Shown: positions 9,294 through 17,910 of the stretch, in pieces
Position numbering within the stretch: the first letter of the stretch is position 1
How the letters are laid out: each line of letters opens with the position of its first letter
Assembly: GCA_018970605.1 (NCBI GenBank)
Contig: JAGWWA010000001.1
Location: 57,742 to 121,741 of the forward strand
Direction: 5' to 3'
DNA length: 64,000 bases
From: Planctomycetota bacterium
Lineage (GTDB): Bacteria > Planctomycetota > Planctomycetia > Pirellulales > UBA1268
Program-made: the position numbers and the translations under genes
The notes under the pieces: generated by a model
Told to the model about the DNA's origin: nothing
Database searches by the model: none
What the model saw: the letters and a program-made list of their open reading frames with translations, nothing else

Positions 9294-11810
9294 TCACGAC
9301 GCGGCCGGTTCTTCGCCGTCGTTCTTCTTCTCGAGGAACTGCATGAGGTCGCTGAACGTGCGGAGCGGTTCTTTCCCCTCGCGCATCTCCTTGGAGATCT
9401 TCGTCGGCGGCGACTTGGGCTTCGCCACATAGACGCGTGGCTCTTGCTGGCGAGGCGGCCGTTCATGCCGCTGGTCCCGGGGCCGCGGAGGCCTGGGGGG
9501 CCGCTCCGTAGGCTGGGCAGCCCGCTGCGGCGGCTGCTCGGCCCGCCGGGCCTTTCGCTCCTTCTGCTCCCGCCGGGCTTCCTCGAGCCGTTGCTGCCGC
9601 TCCCGCTCAGCCGGCGGGATCATCGTCAGCGACACGCGGCGCCTGGCCTTGTCGAGTTCCAGAACCCAGACCGGCACGATCTGCCCGACGCTGACGAAGT
9701 CGTGCGGATCACGCACGTATTGGCTGGAGAGCTGGCTGAGGTGCACCAGTCCGCTGTCGTGGAGACCGATGTCGACGAACGCCCCGAAATCAACCACGTT
9801 GAGAACCGAGCCCATCAGTTCCATGCCCACGGCCAGGTCCTCGAGCTTGAGCACGCCCTTCTTGAAGAACGGCTTGGGGAGGTCCTCGCGGGGATCGCGG
9901 CCCGGCCTTGCCAGCTGTTCCACGATGTCGGCCAGCAGCAGCCGCCCCACGCCCAGCTCGCGGGCGAGCGCGTCGAGATCCACCGAGGCCGCCTTCTCCG
10001 CGAGCGCCTCGGCCTGTGGACGCGACGCCAGATCGGCGACGCTGCCGCCGAGCCGCCCGAGCACCTGCTCCGCGACGGGGTAGCTCTCCGGATGAATCCA
10101 AGTTGAATCGAAGGGATTCGTGCCGCCCGGGATCTTGAGGAACCCCACGGCCTGCACGTAGGCGGCCTCGCCGAAGCCGGGAACCTCCAGGAACTGCTGC
10201 CGCGAGGTGAACGGTCCGTTCTTCGTCCGCCATTCGTGGAAGTTCTTGGCGGTGGTCTGATTGAAGCCCGATACCCGCCGGAGCAGCGCGGGGCTGGCGG
10301 TGTTCACGTCCACGCCGACGTAGTTGACGCAACTCTCGACCACGTTGTCGAGCGAGGCATGGAGATGCCTCGCCTTCACGTCGTGCTGGTAGAGCCCGAC
10401 GCCGATGTTTGCGGGCTCGATCTTCACGAGTTCCGACAGCGGATCCTGCAGCCGGCGGCCGATCGAGATCGCCCCGCGGATCGAAGCCTCGTGGCCCGGC
10501 AGTTCCTCGCGGCCGAATGGGCTCGTCGAATAGACGCTCGCGCCGGCCTCGTTCACGATCGCATAGCCGACGTCGAGATCCTTGAGATCACCCGCCACCA
10601 GATCGGCGACCAGATTTTCGGTCTCCCGAGCCGCGGCCCCGTTGCCGATGGCGATCACCGTGCAGGCATGGTTGCGCACCAGTTCCGCCACCTTCGCCGC
10701 CGCCGCCGACCGCTTCTCCTGCTTGCCGACGACGTGCAGCACGGCGTGATCCAGCGGCGTGCCGCACTCGTCGATCACGGCCGCCTTGCAGCCGCTCTTG
10801 AAACCGGGGTCGAGGGCCAGCACACGGCGCCCCGGCACGGGCGACTGGAGCAGGAGGTTGCGGAGGTTTCGGGCAAACACGTGCACCGCATGCGACTCGC
10901 AGACGTCCGTCATTTCCCGGCGGATTTCCCGCTCGAGGCTCGGCAGAATCAGCCGCGCCAGGGCATCGCGGGCACAGGCCTTGAGCACCTCGCCGTGCGG
11001 ATGCCCCGCAGGCACGAGCAGCTCTTCAGCCACCGCCTGCATCTCATCGGCCGGCCCGTCGATCCGGACCTTCAGGAGCCTCGCCCGCTCGCCCCGATTG
11101 ATCGCCAGGAGCCGATGAGGCGGTACTCGCTGGATGTGCTCGCCGTAGTCGAAATAGTCGCGGTAGTGCTTCTCCTCCTTGGAGAGCGCCTTGCCCTCGC
11201 TCTCCACCCGCTGGCTCTTGAGGTGGGCTGAGCGGTAGAGGATCTCGCGGAGCCGCTGCCTGAGGTCGGCCCGCTCGCTGAACTCGTGGGCGATGATGTG
11301 CCCCACACCGAGGAGCACATCGGCGACGGTGGCCACCTGGGCGTCGGCATCGACGAAATCGGCTGCTCGGAGGTCGAGATTCGCGGCCGCGGGGTCTGCG
11401 GCGAGGATCTCCCGGGCGAGCGGCTCGAGTTTCCGCTGCCGCGCCACCTCGGCGAGGGAGAGTTTCCGAGGCTTGAAGGGCAGGTAGAGGTCCTCGAGTT
11501 TCTTGGTGCTGTCCGCAGCGGCAATCCGCGACTCGAGCGCGGGGGTGAGCCGCCCCTGCCCCTGGATCGTCCGCAGGATCGTCTGCTTGCGGTCGGCGAG
11601 TTGCCTCGCCCGCGCGACAGCCTCGGCGATCAGGCGGATCTGCTGCTCGTCCAGACCGCCGGTCTGATCGCGGCGATACCTGGTGATGAAGGGGACCGTA
11701 TTGCCGGCGTCGAGCAACTCGACCGTCGACTGCACCGCCGCCACGGGGAGCCCGAGCCGTTGGGCAATCAGGCCCAGATCGATGACAGCAGTGATCGCCG
11801 TGGATCCCAT
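9294..11810 (-). CDS. tex: Tex-like transcription accessory protein (S1 RNA-binding domain) with a basic/Pro-rich C-terminal tail
   Basis: IAQRLGLPVAAVQSTVELLDAGNTVPFITRYRRDQTGGLDE N-terminus, YqgF-like and HhH regions, and an S1 domain (GMELMGSVLNVVDFGAFVDIG). The ATG at 11810 is preferred to 11912. Confidence 0.9.
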   Translation of the reverse strand: MGSTAITAVIDLGLIAQRLGLPVAAVQSTVELLDAGNTVPFITRYRRDQTGGLDEQQIRLIAEAVARARQLADRKQTILRTIQGQGRLTPALESRIAAADSTKKLEDLYLPFKPRKLSLAEVARQRKLEPLAREILAADPAAANLDLRAADFVDADAQVATVADVLLGVGHIIAHEFSERADLRQRLREILYRSAHLKSQRVESEGKALSKEEKHYRDYFDYGEHIQRVPPHRLLAINRGERARLLKVRIDGPADEMQAVAEELLVPAGHPHGEVLKACARDALARLILPSLEREIRREMTDVCESHAVHVFARNLRNLLLQSPVPGRRVLALDPGFKSGCKAAVIDECGTPLDHAVLHVVGKQEKRSAAAAKVAELVRNHACTVIAIGNGAAARETENLVADLVAGDLKDLDVGYAIVNEAGASVYSTSPFGREELPGHEASIRGAISIGRRLQDPLSELVKIEPANIGVGLYQHDVKARHLHASLDNVVESCVNYVGVDVNTASPALLRRVSGFNQTTAKNFHEWRTKNGPFTSRQQFLEVPGFGEAAYVQAVGFLKIPGGTNPFDSTWIHPESYPVAEQVLGRLGGSVADLASRPQAEALAEKAASVDLDALARELGVGRLLLADIVEQLARPGRDPREDLPKPFFKKGVLKLEDLAVGMELMGSVLNVVDFGAFVDIGLHDSGLVHLSQLSSQYVRDPHDFVSVGQIVPVWVLELDKARRRVSLTMIPPAERERQQRLEEARREQKERKARRAEQPPQRAAQPTERPPRPPRPRDQRHERPPRQQEPRVYVAKPKSPPTKISKEMREGKEPLRTFSDLMQFLEKKNDGEEPAAS

Positions 11811-12225
11811 CCCGCTCGCGGGGCGGCCAGAAGATATGGCCGACTCGCGCAACTCTCCTCCTCGATCCCAGCTCCCGCGCATGCGCGCAGGTGGCACACG
11901 GATCTGGAACACGCGACGAATCTAGGGCGTGCCCCTGATCGGTGTCAAACGCCGAAAATCGACCATCTCCCGCGGCCCCCCCAGCCTGCCGCGATTTCCC
12001 ACCCCACCGCCATGTCGCCTGCCCTTGACCCTCCGTCTCCGATTCGCCTATTCCCCGCTCGCCGCGGCAGTTTGTCGCCTGCCCGCGGCTCCGTCATCGA
12101 ACCGACGGAATCCATTGGAGAGGCCTGCACGATCGTGACGATCACGAAGCGGAACCCGGTCGCGCCGACCGCGCGACCGTGACTGCCACCATCCACATGC
12201 CAGGCCCGACGGAGCTCGCCCCATC

Positions 12226-13503
<1,278 letters not shown>

Positions 13504-13554
13504 GCGGGCCACGCGGCCGCGGGAAGCGGAACGCCGTCTGGCGTGCGGCATGCT

Positions 13555-13645
13555 CAGGAAGCGTGACGCCGTCAGGCGTACGGCGAAATCAACGCCGATC
13601 TCCACACCGGGCAGGCCCCCATCGCTCACGCGATTGGGCTTCCTG
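13555..13645 (+). repeat. 91-bp intergenic repeat, family C, copy 1
   Basis: Reverse complement matches 15057-15147, with about 14 mismatches in 91 by eye. The termini caggaagc ... gcttcctg form an 8-bp terminal inverted repeat. Confidence 0.7.
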
Positions 13646-13746
13646 AACCAGCAGCATGCCGGTGTGTCGCGTGTCGCCGCCACGAAGGCGGCAAGTCAGG
13701 CGCGGCGAACCTTGGCTTCGCCCCGCCTGACCCAAGCGGCCGGCCG

Positions 13747-13768
13747 TCGACGGGCCTCCGCCCGTCGA
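13747..13768. terminator. GC-rich hairpin in the convergent DegT/top6A intergenic region, a possible bidirectional terminator
   Basis: tcgacgggc-ctcc-gcccgtcga, a 9-bp perfect stem. There is no U-tract, so the function is uncertain. Confidence 0.3.
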
Positions 13769-13798
13769 GGCGGCAGGATGCCGGTGTTTCGCGTGTAG

Positions 13799-14938
13799 TC
13801 AGTCCAGCCAGTCGGCTTCGGCGATGCGCTCGGGCGTGTAGGTCTCGGTCACATAGCTGATGTCCTTCGAGATCAACGACTCGACTTCCAGCTTGAAGCC
13901 GTTGTCGAGCATGGTCTCGATCTCCTTCTGCCATGCCTTCTTGCCGGCAAACCAGGGGTAGGCGGCAATCTGCTTGGCCCGCTTGATGTCGGTGTCGTTG
14001 AGCTGGATCTGCACGCTCTGGCTGAGCTTGCACCGCTGGTAATCGCGTGAGCGGATGCCGAGGAAGCGGGCTTCGGGAATCGCCATGCGCTTCGACTCGT
14101 AGGCAAGATTGATCGAGCCCTGCTTGAGCACCGAGTAGATGTAGTAGCCCCAGGGATCGTTGTCGAGCAGGCAGTAGACCGGCAGCTTGAGCTCGTTGTG
14201 GAGCCGGTAGAGCATCCGTCGGACGCCCCGGGGCGGCTGGCCGCCGCCGTGCGTCAGCAGGCAGTTGTGCTTCCGCCAGAACTTGTCCTCGTTGAAACGC
14301 CGCCAGACCGTGTCCTTCTCGACGTGGAGGATGAACTTCGCGTCGCACGACTTGAACTTCACGATGTCGGCCTCGACGATCGACGGGATCGAGTAGCCGC
14401 CGGAGCCCATCCGGGAGCAGTCGATTTCGTCGCCCGAGTCGATCAGCGTGATCGGGCCGACCATGCCGCCGCGGTTGCTGGCGTAGACGTGGAGCTCCTC
14501 GCGGAGGCTCTCGAGCGTCACCTCGAGGTCTTCGATGATCGGGTCGCACTCCTCCTGGGTGGCAAATGTCTCCTCGCGCGTGCCCTCGATCGTGTGCTTG
14601 AGAAGGTAGTAGAGACCTCGGATGCTGGTGGTCTTCTGCTGGTCGATGAGCTGTTTGCAGCCGGTGGCCACCAGCAGCGTCTGCATGTAGCTCTTGGCCT
14701 GCGAGAGGTTGAAGAGTTGGCGGCGGTTGGTCTGGCCCCCCATCTCGATGATCTTCCGCGACTTGTTGAAGCGGACGTTCGAGAGGCTGCGCGTGGGAAT
14801 GTCGAGGTGCGGATCGCGCTTCTTCTCGGCGGCGGAGGCCACCTCGTCGGCGAGATCGACGATCAGCCGGAGCGTCTTCTGATCGATGACGGGCAGTTTG
14901 CCGGCAGCCTTCGGTGGGCGTTTCGACTTCGTGGCCAT
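13799..14938 (-). CDS. top6A: DNA topoisomerase VI subunit A / Spo11-like protein (5Y-CAP plus Toprim)
   Basis: IRGLYYLLKH (catalytic Tyr context RxxYY), ILHVEKDTVW (Toprim Glu), CLLDNDPWGYYIYSVLKQGS (DxD), GFKLEVESL C-terminal motif. ATG at 14938 (MATKSKRPPK). Confidence 0.85.
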   Translation of the reverse strand: MATKSKRPPKAAGKLPVIDQKTLRLIVDLADEVASAAEKKRDPHLDIPTRSLSNVRFNKSRKIIEMGGQTNRRQLFNLSQAKSYMQTLLVATGCKQLIDQQKTTSIRGLYYLLKHTIEGTREETFATQEECDPIIEDLEVTLESLREELHVYASNRGGMVGPITLIDSGDEIDCSRMGSGGYSIPSIVEADIVKFKSCDAKFILHVEKDTVWRRFNEDKFWRKHNCLLTHGGGQPPRGVRRMLYRLHNELKLPVYCLLDNDPWGYYIYSVLKQGSINLAYESKRMAIPEARFLGIRSRDYQRCKLSQSVQIQLNDTDIKRAKQIAAYPWFAGKKAWQKEIETMLDNGFKLEVESLISKDISYVTETYTPERIAEADWLD

Positions 14939-15056
14939 GTCGGATGCAATGAGGGCGGAGGAAGGAGCGAACAACGCCCGGAATCCTACCTGCAATCCCG
15001 GCGCCTCGCACACCGGCCGAAATCCATGCTCTCGTGCCCCGGAGACGCTTCCTACC

Positions 15057-15147
15057 CAGGAAGCCCAATCGCGTGAGCGATGGGGGCCGGACTGCCGAGG
15101 AGATCAACGCCGATTCTGCCGTACGCCTTACGGCGTTACGCTTCCTG
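15057..15147 (-). repeat. 91-bp intergenic repeat, family C, copy 2 (inverted relative to copy 1)
   Basis: caggaagcccaatcgcgtgagcgatgggggcc ... ccgtacgccttacggcgttacgcttcctg. It is preceded by the small hairpin gcttcct-accc-aggaagc. Confidence 0.7.
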
Positions 15148-15186
15148 CAGCTGTGCCGAATCGCTTCCCCGGAGGCGCTTCCTGCT

Positions 15187-15218
15187 CAGGAAGCCCAGCC
15201 GCGTGAGCGATGGGGGCC
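15187..15218 (-). repeat. partial third copy of the family C arm
   Basis: caggaagcccagccgcgtgagcgatgggggcc repeats 15057-15088 and abuts the stop codon of the upstream gene (15219-15221). Confidence 0.6.
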
Positions 15219-16076
15219 CTACGCCTCTTCGCGGAGCATCGCGGGCGGCTCGTCGAGTTCCTCGAGTTCCGGCGGGAGCTGGAGCTGCCGCATCGTCTCG
15301 TCCGTCTTCCGCATGCCCTCGGCCACTTCGTCCACCCGCTGGGCGATGTCGGTGACGTCGCGCTTGGCCACGGAACTCTCCGCCAGGGCGGCGATCTTGG
15401 CCTCCAGCCGCTCGATCTCGGCGGCCACGAGGTCGAGCTTCCGCCGCGCCTCGTCGATGTTGTCGAGCCGTTCGCGACTCGTCTTGAGATGGTCTTCGAG
15501 GGTGCCCCGCATCGCCGCCGACCCTGGGTCGTCCTTCGGCATCTTCGCCAGCCGTCGCTCCAGATCGGCGATTCGCGCCCGGATCGCGCCGTCGTCGGTC
15601 CGGTCGAGGAAGTCGGAGAGCGTGTTGGCGCCCCAGATCATCCGCAGGTAGCCCCAGAGCAGACGATCGAGCGACTCGAGCGCCGTCTTGTCGGGTCCGC
15701 TCCCATCCGGCCCGCGGATGCTGCCCCCGAGTTCCACGAGCTTGAGGCAATGATCGCGGAGCTGGTCGAATCGCTTCAGCAGGGCCGGCGGAAGGTTCTT
15801 GCGGATTCGCTCATAGGCTTCGCGGGCTCCCGCCGCCTCCGTCGCCCGGCGAGACTTCGCGTCCTGCGCCTCGACGGCACTGCGGAAGCGGTCGTTGGCG
15901 AGCATGCTGGCGAGATAATACACCTCGCCGGCCGCCACCAGCGGCAGGATGATCCCGGGAAAGCCGCTGATGAAGGCCGCCGCCACGCCGCCGCCGAAGA
16001 GGAGCAGATTCCACCTCGTGGTGAATGCGGTCTTCAGGTAGGCACCGACGCGACTGAACACGATCACCTCGCTCAC
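15219..16076 (-). CDS. hypothetical membrane protein: two N-terminal TM helices plus a long coiled-coil region
   Basis: The GTG start overlaps the ABC ATPase stop (GTGA). Hydrophobic stretches WNLLLFGGGVAAAFI and GFPGIILPLVAAGEVYYLASML. The C-terminal heptad-like RKLDLVAAEIERLEAKIAALAESS. No family recognised. Confidence 0.6.
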   Translation of the reverse strand: MSEVIVFSRVGAYLKTAFTTRWNLLLFGGGVAAAFISGFPGIILPLVAAGEVYYLASMLANDRFRSAVEAQDAKSRRATEAAGAREAYERIRKNLPPALLKRFDQLRDHCLKLVELGGSIRGPDGSGPDKTALESLDRLLWGYLRMIWGANTLSDFLDRTDDGAIRARIADLERRLAKMPKDDPGSAAMRGTLEDHLKTSRERLDNIDEARRKLDLVAAEIERLEAKIAALAESSVAKRDVTDIAQRVDEVAEGMRKTDETMRQLQLPPELEELDEPPAMLREEA

Positions 16077-16954
16077 GTGGGCCGCTTGGCGGCCGCCTCG
16101 ACCTGCTCGATCCGGGCGTGCAGGGCGTTGACCTGCTCGTGAAACCACGGCTCCGATTGCACCTCGCGGGCGGGCGCCGAGGCCGCCGGCATCCGGATCT
16201 CGTCCACGATCCTGCCCGGCGTCGTCGCCATCACGAACACGCGATCTCCAAGATACACCGCCTCCTCGACCGAGTGGGTCACGAAGAGCACCGTCGCCTC
16301 GACCTCCCGCCAGAGCTTCACCAGCAGGTCCTGCATGTCGAGGCGGGTCGCCGGATCGAGGGCCCCGAAAGGCTCGTCCATGAGGATCACCCGGGGCCGG
16401 AGGATCAGCGTGCGGGCGATCGCCACCCGCTGCCGCATGCCGCCCGAGAGCTCGTGCGGATACTTCGCGGCGTCCCGCCGCGGATCGAGCCCCACCTTCG
16501 CGATCCACTCGAGCCCCTCGGCCTCGCGCTCCCGCCGGGCAACTCCGCGGCACTCGAGACCGAAGACCACGTTGTCGAGCACGGTGCGGTTGTCGAAGCT
16601 CGTGTAGTCCTGAAACACCATCCCGCGGTCGGCTCCGGGACCGACCACCGGCCGGCCGAGCACCGTCACCCTGCCGCTCGTCGGCGGATGCTGCGGCTCG
16701 AGCCCGGCCACGAGCCTGAGCACCGTGCTCTTGCCGCAGCCGCTCGGCCCCAGAAACGACGAGATCTCGCCATGATCCACGATGTCGGGAATCGTGAAGC
16801 TCACGGACGAGATCGCCACGTATTCCCTGGGCGAGCCCTCGCCGTAGATCTTGGTGACATGGCGAAACTCCACCGCAGGCGGGCGTTCGGGTGCGGGCGG
16901 GGCAGCGGGGGCCGGCGTCGCAGCGGGGGGCGTGTCGGGGGTGGCGTCGCTCAT
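16073..16954 (-). CDS. ABC transporter ATP-binding protein (NitT/TauT nitrate/sulfonate/bicarbonate-type)
   Basis: Walker A GPSGCGKST, Q-loop, signature LSGGMRQRVAIAR, Walker B ILMDEPFGALD, H-loop VTHS. The ATG overlaps the permease stop (ATGA). Confidence 0.9.
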   Translation of the reverse strand: MSDATPDTPPAATPAPAAPPAPERPPAVEFRHVTKIYGEGSPREYVAISSVSFTIPDIVDHGEISSFLGPSGCGKSTVLRLVAGLEPQHPPTSGRVTVLGRPVVGPGADRGMVFQDYTSFDNRTVLDNVVFGLECRGVARREREAEGLEWIAKVGLDPRRDAAKYPHELSGGMRQRVAIARTLILRPRVILMDEPFGALDPATRLDMQDLLVKLWREVEATVLFVTHSVEEAVYLGDRVFVMATTPGRIVDEIRMPAASAPAREVQSEPWFHEQVNALHARIEQVEAAAKRPT

Positions 16955-17910
16955 ACGGCCTCCGTCGATGCCGCCGCGCCGTGGAGCAGCGATCCGACGA
17001 ATCGGGGGAGCAGCCCGCGGCCGCCATACCGATGCGGAAACAGGTCGCACTGCAGCCACCAGAGGGCCCGGTCGATCGCGTAGGCGACCAACGGGATCAC
17101 CACGAGCACGATCAGGATCGGCTCCCGCTCGCCGCGGCGCTGCGAGACGTTGATCAAGTCTCCGAGGCCACCGGTGTCGCCTCCGAGTTTCACCACCTCC
17201 GCGAGCATCACGTAGCCGAAGGCGATGCCGAACAGCAGCCGCAGCGAATTGAAGATCGCCGGCGCCGCCAGCGGCACCAGCACCTTGAGGATGATCTGGA
17301 GCCGCGAGGCCCCGAGTGTGAGCGCCGTATCGACGTACCGCTGCGGCACCTCCAGCACCGCTGCCGTGGTGTCGCTGACGACGAAGGCGACGCTGGCGAT
17401 GAACAGAAACATCATCTTCTGAAACTCGCCGATCCCGAAGAAGAAGAACGTCAGCGGAATGAGCGCCGCCACCGGGATGTTGCGGCCGAAGATCGTCAGC
17501 GGGGCGATGAAGGACCGCACCGCCGGAAAGCAGGCGGCCAAGACGCCCAGCGGCACGCCCACCAGCCCGCTGAGGCCGAATCCCAGGCAGACCCGCCGCA
17601 ACGTCACCAGCGTGTTGGCGACGAGCCGCCGCTCGCCGAACGTCGTCTGCAGGGCGGCCAGCGTCTCGGCCGGGCTCGGCAGCGTGGCAGGACTGATCAG
17701 CCGCGTCTCAGGACCGCTCATCTCCGCTTCGGGTCCGACGCCCGGCCGCATGCCGTCCGCCGTACCCACGAACCAGAGGGCCAGCACGCACGCCACGCAG
17801 GTCACGCCCCAAAACAGACCCGTGGCCGCGGGCACCTCGCCCCGCAGCGGCTTGGCGGGCTCCGCGGTCGGAGGAACCGGCTGCGGCGAGGGTGCCGGTG
17901 CGGTGGTCAT
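16951..17910 (-). CDS. ABC transporter permease (binding-protein-dependent transport, NitT/TauT-type)
   Basis: Multiple TM helices and an EAA-like loop: DTALTLGASRLQIILKVLVPLAAPAIFNSLR. Confidence 0.9.
   Translation of the reverse strand: MTTAPAPSPQPVPPTAEPAKPLRGEVPAATGLFWGVTCVACVLALWFVGTADGMRPGVGPEAEMSGPETRLISPATLPSPAETLAALQTTFGERRLVANTLVTLRRVCLGFGLSGLVGVPLGVLAACFPAVRSFIAPLTIFGRNIPVAALIPLTFFFFGIGEFQKMMFLFIASVAFVVSDTTAAVLEVPQRYVDTALTLGASRLQIILKVLVPLAAPAIFNSLRLLFGIAFGYVMLAEVVKLGGDTGGLGDLINVSQRRGEREPILIVLVVIPLVAYAIDRALWWLQCDLFPHRYGGRGLLPRFVGSLLHGAAASTEAV

Noticed and set aside
13590-13610. The central atcaacgccgat segment has the same orientation in both inverted family C copies, considered as a flip-flop hairpin signature.
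   Set aside because: The element as a whole is not a hairpin (only the 8-bp termini pair). The effect amounts to four mismatches in a near-palindromic 12-mer, which is too little to support inversion.
13799-14938. Lower GC in top6A (about 55-62 percent in hand-counted 60-nt lines versus about 68 percent nearby), considered as evidence of horizontal transfer.
   Set aside because: The PspA gene shows a similar dip. Both proteins are Lys/Glu/Ile/Asn-rich, so amino-acid composition can explain it. This is not usable as evidence without proper codon-level statistics.
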